In this document: piece after piece, positions 7,863 through 16,709 of the stretch
Numbering within the stretch: position 1 is the first letter of the stretch
Layout: each line of letters begins with the position of its first letter
NCBI GenBank assembly: GCA_016177245.1
Contig: JACOVR010000046.1
Coordinates: 1 to 25,488 of the forward strand
Length of the DNA: 25,488 bases
Origin: Candidatus Wildermuthbacteria bacterium
GTDB taxonomy: Bacteria; Patescibacteriota; Minisyncoccia; Minisyncoccales; UBA10102
Direction: 5' to 3'
The notes under the pieces: generated by a model
Seen by the model: only the letters and a program-made list of their open reading frames with translations
What the model was told of the DNA's origin: nothing
The model's database searches: none
Position numbers and translations under genes: made by a program

Positions 7863-9665
7863 AAATATCTTTCTCCTATTTTTATTATTGCTGCCGGGGT
7901 GATTATTGCCGGAGCAGCGTTCGCGTTAAGCAAAGACGATATTGCGTATCCCGTCGCCGAGCTGGGAAACTGCCAGAACGAGCAAGCATGCCGTTCGTAT
8001 TGTGATAATTCTGAAAATATTACCCGGTGCCTTGCTTTTGCAGAGAAGCATAATTTGCTTTCCGAGAGTGAAATTGAAAAGGCAAAGAAATTTCAAGGTA
8101 TTGGGGGAGTAGGGCCGGGAGGATGCAGAGATGAGAAGGCATGCGAGAACTATTGCCAGAATATTACGAACATTGAGGAGTGCTTGGCATTTGCAGAGCA
8201 GCATGGATTCATGGAGGAAAGCGAGCTGCGAGAAGCAAGAAAGGTTGCGCAGGCGTTGCGGCAAGGAGCTAAGCTTCCGGGAGGATGCACGAGCAAAAAC
8301 GCATGCGAGGAGTACTGTTCCGACTCTTCAAACATGAAAGAGTGCGTTGAGTTTGCCGAGCAGGCAGGGTTCATGAGCCCCGAAGAGTTGAAAGAGGCAA
8401 AACAGGTGCTCAAAGCCCTGGACGCGGGAGTTAAGTTCCCTGGCAACTGCAAAGGAAAGAACGAATGCGATGCGTACTGCCAAAACCCCAATAATATGGA
8501 AGAGTGCGTGAACTTTGGCATTGCGGCAGGATTTATTCCTCCAGAGGAAGTGGAGCAAGTTCGAAAGATGATCCCTCTTATGAGGTCTGGGATTATGCCC
8601 GGGGAATGCAAGAAAGGGAGAGAGGAATGCGAGGCCTACTGCGGCCGGGAAGAGAATATTGAAGAATGTACCACGTTTTTTACCGAGGCAGGGTTCATGA
8701 CCCCAGAAGATGCAGAGATGTTCCGCAAGACCGGTGGCAAGGGACCAGGGGGCTGTAAGGGAAGGGAAGAATGCGAGACATTCTGCAATAATCCAGAGAA
8801 TCAAGAAGCATGCTTTCAGTTTGGGAAAGAGCACGGCCTTATTCCCCAAGAAGATCTTCGCAACATTGAGGAAGGAACTCGGCAGATGAAGAAAGGCATA
8901 GCAATGGCTCCTCCTGAAGTCGCAGAATGTTTGAAGCAAAGAATAGGCGCAGAGGTTTTGCAGAAGATTGAAGCCGGAACGTTTATGCCAAATCCCCAGT
9001 TGGGAGAGGCCATGCGAGAATGTTTTGAGATGCAGCAGCAGATCATGGAGAATACAATGCGAGAATGTCTTTCTAAGTCTTGCGAGGAGTTCTTTACGTG
9101 CCTTGATTCCATTAAGCAGTCGGGCCCTGCGGGTGGCGGAGAAGGGGTAGAAGGGGAAAGGCCGGAAGGAGAAGGACGGGGAGGGTTTTCCGCTATCCAG
9201 CAGGAGATTGAAGTAAAGATTGGGTCTTGCGTCCAGCAGTTCCAGCCCCAGGAGGGTCAGCAATTTCCAGGCGGCAGTGAGTTTCCAGGGGGTTTCCCGG
9301 GAGAGTTCGGTCCTTCCCATGAGTTTGGGGAAGGTTCTCTTCCTCCCGAGTTTGAAGGAAAAAGCCCTGAGGAAATAGAGCAGATATTCCGAGAGCAAGA
9401 AGGGCAGAGGGTGCGCCAGCAATTCCAGCAGGAGTTTGAGCGCCAATTCCAAGAACAGCAGAATACGCCGCCCTTTCAGCAAGAGCAGATTGAGCGCCAA
9501 ATCCAGCAACAGCAGTTAGAGCAGCAGATTCAGGAGCAACAGCAGCAATTACAGCAGCAGCTGCAGTTACTGGAACAGCAGACCGCTCCTACTCCGCCTC
9601 CCCCAGAGGGCGGATCAATTCTCGACGCAGCAAAAAATCTTCTCAAGCGTTTCTTTGGGAGATAA
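7848..9665 (+). CDS. Exported Cys-rich repeat protein with Gln-rich C-terminus
   Basis: Signal/TM segment IFIIAAGVIIAGAAFA; six C-x5/6-C-x3-C-x8-C repeats; FPGG/EF low-complexity region; Q-rich tail; ATG 7848 preferred over 7785. Confidence 0.8.
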   Translation: MTNFQKYLSPIFIIAAGVIIAGAAFALSKDDIAYPVAELGNCQNEQACRSYCDNSENITRCLAFAEKHNLLSESEIEKAKKFQGIGGVGPGGCRDEKACENYCQNITNIEECLAFAEQHGFMEESELREARKVAQALRQGAKLPGGCTSKNACEEYCSDSSNMKECVEFAEQAGFMSPEELKEAKQVLKALDAGVKFPGNCKGKNECDAYCQNPNNMEECVNFGIAAGFIPPEEVEQVRKMIPLMRSGIMPGECKKGREECEAYCGREENIEECTTFFTEAGFMTPEDAEMFRKTGGKGPGGCKGREECETFCNNPENQEACFQFGKEHGLIPQEDLRNIEEGTRQMKKGIAMAPPEVAECLKQRIGAEVLQKIEAGTFMPNPQLGEAMRECFEMQQQIMENTMRECLSKSCEEFFTCLDSIKQSGPAGGGEGVEGERPEGEGRGGFSAIQQEIEVKIGSCVQQFQPQEGQQFPGGSEFPGGFPGEFGPSHEFGEGSLPPEFEGKSPEEIEQIFREQEGQRVRQQFQQEFERQFQEQQNTPPFQQEQIERQIQQQQLEQQIQEQQQQLQQQLQLLEQQTAPTPPPPEGGSILDAAKNLLKRFFGR

Positions 9666-9666
9666 A

Positions 9667-10590
9667 ATGTTTCATCTTTTTACATTAGTATCGTTCATAG
9701 CCCTGTATACGAGCGCGTTTAGTTTCGGGGCGCTTGCGTTTCAGTTTATCGAACGGTTGTTTCCAGATCCCTTGAGTTATGGCTATGGAGGAGCGTTTGG
9801 CGCTGGGCGAACTGCAATCGCCGGCTTGATTGTTGCCTTTCCCTTGTATCTGTTTTTAATGCGTTTGGTATGGAAGGAAACCAGGGGTAATGCAAGGAAT
9901 CTGGATTCCGGGGTCCGCAAGTGGTTTACGTACATTACCCTTGTGGTGGTAGCCGGCATTATGCTTGGAGATCTGATCGCAGTGGTTTCCAACGTGCTTG
10001 GAGGAGAGCTGGCAGTGAGATTTTTCCTGAAGGCATTCACCATTTTTGCGATTGCAGGTTCCATATTCGGTTATCATCTCTACGATTTGAAACGAAAGCA
10101 GGAAGATGCGCTTCCCTCTGGAGCGAAAGCGTTTGCCGGCGTTGTCATCCTTTTGGTTGTTGCGTTTATCGCATACGGCATATTCATCACTGGAACTCCG
10201 GGCCAGCAGAGAGCCGCGCAGTTTGACCAGAGACGGATTTCCGACCTCCAGCAGATTTCTTACGCCATTGATGCGTATTGGGAAAGGGAAAATCAATTGC
10301 CCGCGTCTTTCGACGACCTCGGGAAGGGGAAGGTTCCTTACGCGTACGTCCAGTCGGTAAAAGATCCGCGCACGCAAGAACCCTATGAATACCGCCTCCT
10401 TGGAGAAAAAACATATGAATTGTGCGCGGATTTCGAAACCGATTCGAAACAAGTTCAGGCCCGCGCAAAGATTCCTGTTCCCTTCAGTGAAGAGACATGG
10501 GAACATGGGATAGGAAGGGCATGCTTTGAGAGAGAAGTACGGGGATTAAGGGAATTATTAAGGAAAGATGCCGTGCCATCCTTACCGTGA
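9667..10590 (+). CDS. DUF5671-type multi-pass membrane protein with C-terminal pilin-like extracellular domain
   Basis: About five TM helices with IAGLIVAFPLY, RKWFTYITL and RFFLK; then DQRRISDLQQISYAI...LP.S..DL...DP.T..PYEY...YELCADF. Confidence 0.7.
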   Translation: MFHLFTLVSFIALYTSAFSFGALAFQFIERLFPDPLSYGYGGAFGAGRTAIAGLIVAFPLYLFLMRLVWKETRGNARNLDSGVRKWFTYITLVVVAGIMLGDLIAVVSNVLGGELAVRFFLKAFTIFAIAGSIFGYHLYDLKRKQEDALPSGAKAFAGVVILLVVAFIAYGIFITGTPGQQRAAQFDQRRISDLQQISYAIDAYWERENQLPASFDDLGKGKVPYAYVQSVKDPRTQEPYEYRLLGEKTYELCADFETDSKQVQARAKIPVPFSEETWEHGIGRACFEREVRGLRELLRKDAVPSLP

Positions 10591-10782
10591 AGGACTACTC
10601 TTCAAAACAAACGCATCATGGAAGAACAGCATTTCGCACCTCCCGTGCTTTTATTGGAAAGATAGTAAGGCGCGTCCCTTTGCACATCAATAGGGCGTGG
10701 GGATTGGCAAAAAGATTCCCTAGGCATTTTACGAGGTACTTTAAAGGAAAGAAGCGATAATAAGCATAATTGTATAACGCCC

Positions 10783-12363
10783 ATGCAAAAGTATTTTCTT
10801 TTATTCTTGTTCGGTGGTCTTCTCGCTGCGGGAGTCGCGTATGCGGACCATGGGGAAGAGGCCGAACTTGAGGCGGTAGAGCTCGCAGAATCAGTCAGCT
10901 TGGCAGATTTGGGAATTCAGGACCCAGGCACTTTGCCTACTTCCCCCTTCTATTTCTTCAAGGAATGGGGTAGAGGGCTTCAGAGTTTCTTTACATTTAA
11001 CTCTGTGAAAAAGGCAGAATTGGAAGCAAAGTTTTCCAATGAAAAAGCAGCCGAGTTACAGGCGGTGCAAAAGCAGCGTCCAGATGACGAGCAGGGTATT
11101 GCCAGAGCACTTTCTAACTACCAGAAATCCCAAGAGCGATTGGCGACCCGTTTGGAAAAAGTCCAAGACAACTCAGAGAATCCCAATGTTGAGCGTTTGA
11201 TAGAAGAGATTGCGAGAAAGAGCGTTCTCCATGAAAAACTCTTGCAAGAGGTGCAGGCCAAGCATGAAGATAAGGCAACGGTAAGGGAATTTGCCCGCGA
11301 GGCCGGCTTGAAGATAGCTGATGTGGTAAGGAATGCTGCCAGCAAAGATAACCCCGAGGACTTTGCAGAGAGGATGAGAAGTTCCCTTGCAGAAAGCAGG
11401 GGCGGGGAGTTAAAAGACCTCCGGGCCGTTGAGATTCTAGACCGTATTGGAGAGAGCGTGCCAGAAGAGGTGCGCTTCAGGTTAGACATTGTTCGCGAGG
11501 GATTTAAAGAGCGGGCTGAGCTGAAGGTTGAGGAACTCGCGAAGGAAGATCGCCTTGAGGCCTTGCTCCAGTTAGTTCCTGGCGACCAAGGGAGAAGGGC
11601 TGTGGTATTAGAGGAATTGCGCATGAAGGTTTCAGACCAGGCAGCCAACGCTCTCGGCCGAGCAAAGGATGCTCTTGAGGGAAAGTTGTCTGGAGTTGAG
11701 GACCGGAAAGAAAAAGCGGCAGAGCAGATACGCAGGGCAGGGGATATTGTTGAAAAGGCAAAGGCGGTGGCAAGGGAGAAAGGCGAGGTGCGCCAGGCAG
11801 TGACAGACTTACTTGCGCAGGCAGAGCGTCATTTGACTGCTGCAAAGCAGGCCTTTGAAAATGCGGATTTTGGGGAGGTGTTCGGTCAAGCCAGTGCAGC
11901 TGAGGTTACGGCTAGAAACGCGTTGCGCGCCATTGAAGGCGGAGAGGATTCTTCCACGATTCTTGAACGCGTACAGACAAAAGTTCAAGACCGAGTGCGG
12001 CTTCTAGAGCCCGAGCAAAAGTTGGACCTTGACCAAAATACAGGTGAGCCCGCGAGAGATGTGTTTTGTACCCAAGAATACAGGCCCGTGTGCGGAGTTG
12101 ACGGCAAGACACACTCCAACCGCTGTGTTGCAGAACGGCAAAACAGAGTAAAAGTAGCGTATGAGGGTGAGTGCAATAGCAGTACCGGACCTACACCAGA
12201 AGAGATCAAGCGGATTGAGGCAAAAGAAACGCTTGAACTGCAAAATCAACCAAGAAGCCAAGAGAAGGATTCACGCCAGCAACTTTTAGAGCAGCAACTC
12301 AAAGAACAAATGCAGCAGCTCAATCAACTCCAGCAGCAGCTTCGGGAAAAGAACGCCGAATAA
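10783..12363 (+). CDS. Exported DUF5667 helical protein with a Kazal domain near the C-terminus
   Basis: Signal peptide ending AYA; DPGTLPTSPFYFFKEW..LQSFFTF (DUF5667-like); Kazal CTQEYRPVCGVDGKTHSNRC...YEGEC at 12067-12174. Confidence 0.8.
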   Translation: MQKYFLLFLFGGLLAAGVAYADHGEEAELEAVELAESVSLADLGIQDPGTLPTSPFYFFKEWGRGLQSFFTFNSVKKAELEAKFSNEKAAELQAVQKQRPDDEQGIARALSNYQKSQERLATRLEKVQDNSENPNVERLIEEIARKSVLHEKLLQEVQAKHEDKATVREFAREAGLKIADVVRNAASKDNPEDFAERMRSSLAESRGGELKDLRAVEILDRIGESVPEEVRFRLDIVREGFKERAELKVEELAKEDRLEALLQLVPGDQGRRAVVLEELRMKVSDQAANALGRAKDALEGKLSGVEDRKEKAAEQIRRAGDIVEKAKAVAREKGEVRQAVTDLLAQAERHLTAAKQAFENADFGEVFGQASAAEVTARNALRAIEGGEDSSTILERVQTKVQDRVRLLEPEQKLDLDQNTGEPARDVFCTQEYRPVCGVDGKTHSNRCVAERQNRVKVAYEGECNSSTGPTPEEIKRIEAKETLELQNQPRSQEKDSRQQLLEQQLKEQMQQLNQLQQQLREKNAE

Positions 12364-12983
12364 TGCTGCTCGCAGAAAGAAAGAAGCGGGCAGCCAGGAT
12401 TATTAAGAAACTCAAGGAACTTTTCCCTCGGGCAGGGATTGTTTTGAGGTACGGAAGCAATTGGGAGCTTTTGGTCGCCGTTATCCTTTCTGCGCAATGT
12501 ACAGACAAGAAGGTGAACGAGGTGACCGCGCGGCTCTTCAAAAAGTATAGAACCCTTGGCGACTACGTGAAAGCTGCTCCGAGAGAGTTTGAGAAAGACA
12601 TCCATTCTTGCGGGTTTTTTCGCAACAAAACACGAAATATTCTTGCTATAGCAAGAATATTACAACAGCGATTCGGCGGGAAAGTTCCTCGAACTATGGA
12701 AGAATTATTGACTCTTCCTGGCGTTGCTAGAAAGACCGCAAATGTTGTACTAGGGAATGCGTATGGCGTGGTAGAGGGGATTGCGGTAGATACCCATGTG
12801 CGTCGGATTTCGCAAAAACTCGGCTTAACCAGTCATTCAGACCCCGTGAAGATTGAGCAGGACTTGATGAAGCTTATTCCCAAAAAGGACTGGTTTTTCT
12901 TTACCTATGGTATGATTGAGTACGGCAGAACATATTGTTCAGCTCGCAACCATGATTGCGCAAAACATCCCTCTCTCATCTAA
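12363..12983 (+). CDS. nth: Endonuclease III (HhH-GPD glycosylase/AP lyase); FeS motif incomplete
   Basis: LLVAVILSAQCTDKKVN, GFFRNK, HhH LPGVARKTANVV (catalytic K), AVDTHV (catalytic D). Confidence 0.95.
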   Translation: MLLAERKKRAARIIKKLKELFPRAGIVLRYGSNWELLVAVILSAQCTDKKVNEVTARLFKKYRTLGDYVKAAPREFEKDIHSCGFFRNKTRNILAIARILQQRFGGKVPRTMEELLTLPGVARKTANVVLGNAYGVVEGIAVDTHVRRISQKLGLTSHSDPVKIEQDLMKLIPKKDWFFFTYGMIEYGRTYCSARNHDCAKHPSLI

Positions 12984-13293
12984 AAAATGCGCGCCGTGTG
13001 AAGGGGGCGTTCAGCCCTTCGGCGCGGCGCAAATCAATGATTACCTTGCTCAACTGAAAACAGAGTGGGAGGTTGTCGCGCTGCGCGCGATAAAAAAGCA
13101 GTTTAAGTTTAAAAATTTCAGAGAGGCGATTGCCTTTGTAAATAAAGTTGCAGATATCGCAGAGTCGGAAGGCCACCATCCAGACATTACAATCAATTAC
13201 AATCGAGTTGCCGTTGAGTTAACCACGCATTCCATCGGCGGCCTCTCCGAAAACGACTTCATCCTCGCCAGCAAGATTGAGTTGTTGGTATAA
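12952..13293 (+). CDS. phhB: Pterin-4-alpha-carbinolamine dehydratase
   Basis: CAPCEGG, FKFKNF..AIAFVN.VA..AE.EGHHPDI, TTHSIGGLSENDFILA; ATG 12952 overlaps nth by 32 nt. Confidence 0.9.
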   Translation: MIAQNIPLSSKKCAPCEGGVQPFGAAQINDYLAQLKTEWEVVALRAIKKQFKFKNFREAIAFVNKVADIAESEGHHPDITINYNRVAVELTTHSIGGLSENDFILASKIELLV

Positions 13294-13294
13294 T
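13286..13294 (+). promoter_or_regulatory. Extended -10 promoter (TGG-TATAAT); probable leaderless start of DUF763-archease-NUDIX-rtcB
   Basis: TG at 13286-13287, consensus TATAAT at 13289-13294, ATG at 13301 (+7). Confidence 0.7.
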
Positions 13295-13300
13295 AAAACT

Positions 13301-14461
13301 ATGTATCGAGGCATAGCTACTTTTACTTTGGACTATGGGAAGTGTCCGAAATGGCTTTTTGAGCGCATGGTTCGGTTGGGGCGGGAAATGACAAGGGTTC
13401 TGGTCGAAGAATACGGGCCTGACGAATATATAAAACGCATCGCGGATCCCGTATGGTTTCAATCGTTGGGAACGGTGCTGGCTTTTGACTGGAATGCTTC
13501 CGGCCTTACCACCATTCTTACCGCAGCTCTCAAAGAGGGGATACGAGGGCAAGAAAAAGACCTCGGCGTTTTCATTTGCGGCGGCAAAGGAAAAACATCA
13601 AGAAAAGTTCCAGACGAAATCCAATCTTGGGGAGGTAAGCTCCGCTTACCTCCGTCGCGGGTTGAAAATCTTGAATACAATTCGCGCATGGCAGCCAAAG
13701 TGGACTCGGCCCTGATCCAAGACGGCTACCAGATTTATCACCATAGTTTCTTTTTCTCGCGTGGCGGTGCGTGGACTGTTGTTCAGCAGGGTATGAACAT
13801 TCAGAGCCAGTCGGCAAGGAGATACCACTGGCATTCAGAGAAAGCGCAGGATTTAATTGAAGAACCCCACACCGGCATTGCCTCGCAGGCGTTCCAGAAA
13901 AACGTGTTGAATCTCACTGCCAAACAAAGCGCAGAAAACCGAACCATTTCAACCGAACTTGCGCAGTCAGGATACGAAACGCTTCTCAAAGACATTCAGC
14001 TTTTGAGAAAGCATTTTACTCCCGTATCAAGCGTTGCAGCATTTAAGCGCGGCGAGGATGAGCTTCGATTCATGCATTTGAAAGGAGTGGAGTTCAAGCA
14101 CCACCCCGTTGAACGGGAGAATTTTTCAAAGAGTAAGTATTTGGAAAAAATCCTCGCAAGAGTTGCGTTTGAAAGGCCGGAAACATACGAAAAACTTCTT
14201 TCTCTCGAGGGAGTGGGGCCAAAAACCATACGCGCCCTGGCATTGGTTGCAGAAATTATCTATGGAGCAGATACCTCCCATGAAGATCCTGCTCGTTTCA
14301 GTTTTGCCCACGGCGGAAAAGACGCAACGCCCTATCCCGTAGACAAGGAAACCTATGATCAAACCATTACCATACTCGAAAGGGCCTTACACAGAACCCG
14401 CATTCCACCCAAAGAAAAGGATCAGGCATTTGGCAGATTGCACCACCATGGAGACCTTTGA
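13301..14461 (+). CDS. DUF763 family protein (C-terminal helix-hairpin-helix)
   Basis: PKWLFERM, DPVWFQSLG..L.FDWNASG.TT, SRMAAKVDSA.IQDGYQIYHH, W.VVQQGMN, ARRYHW, HhH LLSLEGVGPKTIRAL, FSFAHGGKDATPYPV. Confidence 0.88.
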   Translation: MYRGIATFTLDYGKCPKWLFERMVRLGREMTRVLVEEYGPDEYIKRIADPVWFQSLGTVLAFDWNASGLTTILTAALKEGIRGQEKDLGVFICGGKGKTSRKVPDEIQSWGGKLRLPPSRVENLEYNSRMAAKVDSALIQDGYQIYHHSFFFSRGGAWTVVQQGMNIQSQSARRYHWHSEKAQDLIEEPHTGIASQAFQKNVLNLTAKQSAENRTISTELAQSGYETLLKDIQLLRKHFTPVSSVAAFKRGEDELRFMHLKGVEFKHHPVERENFSKSKYLEKILARVAFERPETYEKLLSLEGVGPKTIRALALVAEIIYGADTSHEDPARFSFAHGGKDATPYPVDKETYDQTITILERALHRTRIPPKEKDQAFGRLHHHGDL

Positions 14462-14855
14462 AATTCTAGAACACACGGGGGATGTGAAGATCAAGGTATG
14501 TGGGAAGACCAAGGAGGAATTGTTTGAGAATGCGATGGCGGGGATGTTCGCAGTGCTAAATCCGAAATCCGAAGTCCGAAATCCGAAACAGCGAACCATA
14601 CACATTCAATCACCGGATATTAACGCATTACTTGTGGATTTTTTGAGCGAGGTGAATTACTTGCGGCAAGTGCATAGGGAAGTATATGATAGAGTGGAGT
14701 TTTTAAAGTTCTCAGACACAGAACTCGAAGGAACGCTCGCCGGCTACGAAGCAAAAGAATTCGGCGAAGACATCAAAGCAGTTACCTTTCATGATTTGAA
14801 TATTAATCAAAACGAACAACGAATTTGGGAAACCATAATTGTTTTTGACGTTTAA
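14448..14855 (+). CDS. Archease (RtcB cofactor)
   Basis: FEILEHTGDV, ELFENAMAGMF, LLVDFLSE, C-terminal IKAVTFH...IVFDV; ATG 14448. Confidence 0.92.
   Translation: METFEILEHTGDVKIKVCGKTKEELFENAMAGMFAVLNPKSEVRNPKQRTIHIQSPDINALLVDFLSEVNYLRQVHREVYDRVEFLKFSDTELEGTLAGYEAKEFGEDIKAVTFHDLNINQNEQRIWETIIVFDV
14558..14588 (+). repeat. Heptamer tandem repeat (AAATCCG)x4 inside archease
   Basis: AAATCCG AAATCCG AAGTCCG AAATCCG AAA; encodes NPKSEVRNPK. Confidence 0.85.
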
Positions 14856-14856
14856 T

Positions 14857-15258
14857 ATGGAATTGCAGGTCGGAGTAAAAGTGTTGCTGAAAAATAAGGA
14901 AGGGAAGTATCTTTTGATACGGAGGTCGCCAGAAAAATATCCTGAAATCGGAGACCGATGGGATATTGTCGGAGGCCGTATTGAGAGTGGCTCGTCATTG
15001 CTTGAAAATCTGAAAAGGGAAGTGAAAGAAGAAATCAACCTTGATCTCAGAGAATCGCCAAAATTAGTGGCGGCACAAGACATATTGCGGTTGCCAGGAA
15101 GGCATGTAGTCAGATTAACGTACGTGGGGACTATTGAGGGAGAGCCAATCGTAAATGACGAAAGCAAAGAATACCGCTGGTTTTCCATGGAAGAAATCAA
15201 AAATCTTGAAAATTTAGATATCTACGTGAAAGAACTTCTCGATCTCAAGATAATATGA
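14857..15258 (+). CDS. NUDIX hydrolase
   Basis: WDIVGGRIESGSSLLENLKREVKEEINL; Nudix box with first E replaced by S and last G by N, REUxEE intact. Confidence 0.85.
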   Translation: MELQVGVKVLLKNKEGKYLLIRRSPEKYPEIGDRWDIVGGRIESGSSLLENLKREVKEEINLDLRESPKLVAAQDILRLPGRHVVRLTYVGTIEGEPIVNDESKEYRWFSMEEIKNLENLDIYVKELLDLKII

Positions 15259-15294
15259 TCAAATATTGCTATAGCAATAAAAGATGAGATATTG

Positions 15295-16704
15295 ATGGGG
15301 ATGCAGAAAAGTGATTTTGTAAAACTTAGTGAATATCTATGGGAGGTGCCGCGGAGTTTCAGGGGAGATATGCGGGTGGCGGCACGGTTGTATGCGTCTG
15401 AAAAAATGCTGGAGCATGCGTTTCGCGATGAGTCGATCGAACAGTTGGTAAATCTCACAACGCTCCCCGGAATTCAGAAATACTCCATTGGCATGCCCGA
15501 TTTGCACGAGGGGTATGGTTCCCCAATCGGCGGAGTTGCGGCAATCGACGCAGCAACCGGGATTATTTCTCCTGGCATGGTTGGCTACGACCAAAATTGC
15601 GGGATGAGATTACTGACTTCACAACTGACAACTGACGACATACGACCAAAACTTGATGCACTTGCGACAGAGATTCAAAAAGAAGTTCCCTCGGGGCTGG
15701 GGAGGGGAAGGCAGCTAAAATTTGATATTCATGAAATGGATAAGATTCTCGAAGAGGGATCGCAGCATCTGGTGCAAAAAGGATACGGGGAACCAGAAGA
15801 CATTGAAAACTGCGAAGAACATGGGCAGATGGCGGGCGCCGATGCGTCGCTGGTTTCAGAACACGCAAAGCGCAGAGGATCGGATCAGGCAGGAACCCTT
15901 GGATCGGGGAATCACTTTTTGGAGATTCAAAAAGTTGAGCAAATCTTTGATGAAGAAACAGCCAGGCAATTTGGGCTTTTTCAAAATCAAGTGGTGATCA
16001 TGGCGCATACGGGTTCTCGGGGTTTGGGCCATCAAAACGCAACCGATTATATCCGTCTCATGCAGGGCGCGATGATAAAATACGGAATTGACTTGCCCGA
16101 TCGCGAACTTGCCTGCGTTCCTTTTCAGTCAGAGGAAGGGCAGAAATACTTTGGTGCTTTGGCGTGCGGACTTAATTTTGCATGGGCAAACAGGCAGATG
16201 ATTAGCCATTTTGTGAGAAAGGCGTGGGACTCAATATTGGGCACGGCTGGAGGGAAACTTTCGATGCTATACGATATCGCGCATAATACAGCAAAACTTG
16301 AGGAACACGAAGTTGGGGGGAAACAAATAAAACTTATTGTTCACCGAAAGGGGAGTACGAGGGCGTTTCCCGGCCAGCTCGTATTCATTCCTGGTTCCAT
16401 GGGTACCGCCTCCTATGTGCTCGTGGGAGTAGAGAGCGGAAAAGACACGTTTTATTCCACCTGTCATGGTGCTGGTAGAGTCATGTCTCGCGCAGCAGCA
16501 ATTCGTAATTTGTCTGCGCCCGATATTGTACGCGACCTGAAAGAAAAGGGAATCATCGTGAAATGCTGGAGCTTGCGCGGCATTGCAGAAGAGGCGCCCC
16601 AGGCCTACAAAAACATAGACGAAGTCATTGATGTCGTGCATAATGCAGGCATTTCAAAAAAGGTTGCGCGTTTGGTTCCCCTTGCAGTAGTCAAGGGAGA
16701 ATAG
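15295..16704 (+). CDS. rtcB: RNA-splicing ligase RtcB (long archaeal/eukaryotic type)
   Basis: MPDLHEGYG.PIGG, GYDQNCG, GTLGSGNHFLE, HTGSRG, AHN, HRKG, PGSMG, STCHGAGR (guanylylated His), EEAPQAYK; start 15295 or 15301. Confidence 0.96.
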   Translation: MGMQKSDFVKLSEYLWEVPRSFRGDMRVAARLYASEKMLEHAFRDESIEQLVNLTTLPGIQKYSIGMPDLHEGYGSPIGGVAAIDAATGIISPGMVGYDQNCGMRLLTSQLTTDDIRPKLDALATEIQKEVPSGLGRGRQLKFDIHEMDKILEEGSQHLVQKGYGEPEDIENCEEHGQMAGADASLVSEHAKRRGSDQAGTLGSGNHFLEIQKVEQIFDEETARQFGLFQNQVVIMAHTGSRGLGHQNATDYIRLMQGAMIKYGIDLPDRELACVPFQSEEGQKYFGALACGLNFAWANRQMISHFVRKAWDSILGTAGGKLSMLYDIAHNTAKLEEHEVGGKQIKLIVHRKGSTRAFPGQLVFIPGSMGTASYVLVGVESGKDTFYSTCHGAGRVMSRAAAIRNLSAPDIVRDLKEKGIIVKCWSLRGIAEEAPQAYKNIDEVIDVVHNAGISKKVARLVPLAVVKGE

Positions 16705-16709
16705 CGCCG

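Noticed and set aside
8328-9509. 393-aa minus-strand ORF
   Set aside because: Shadow of the Glu/Gln-rich plus-strand gene (Leu/Phe-rich mirror composition); no motifs or start signals.
10591-10782. Riboswitch/ncRNA or leader peptide (MEEQHFAPPVLLLER*, 10618-10665) in the 192-nt gap
   Set aside because: Only weak bulged hairpins (around 10670-10730) and no family consensus I recognise; an Infernal/Rfam search would be needed.
15295-16704. Intein or intron in rtcB
   Set aside because: About 470 aa with all motifs at normal spacing; no insertion.
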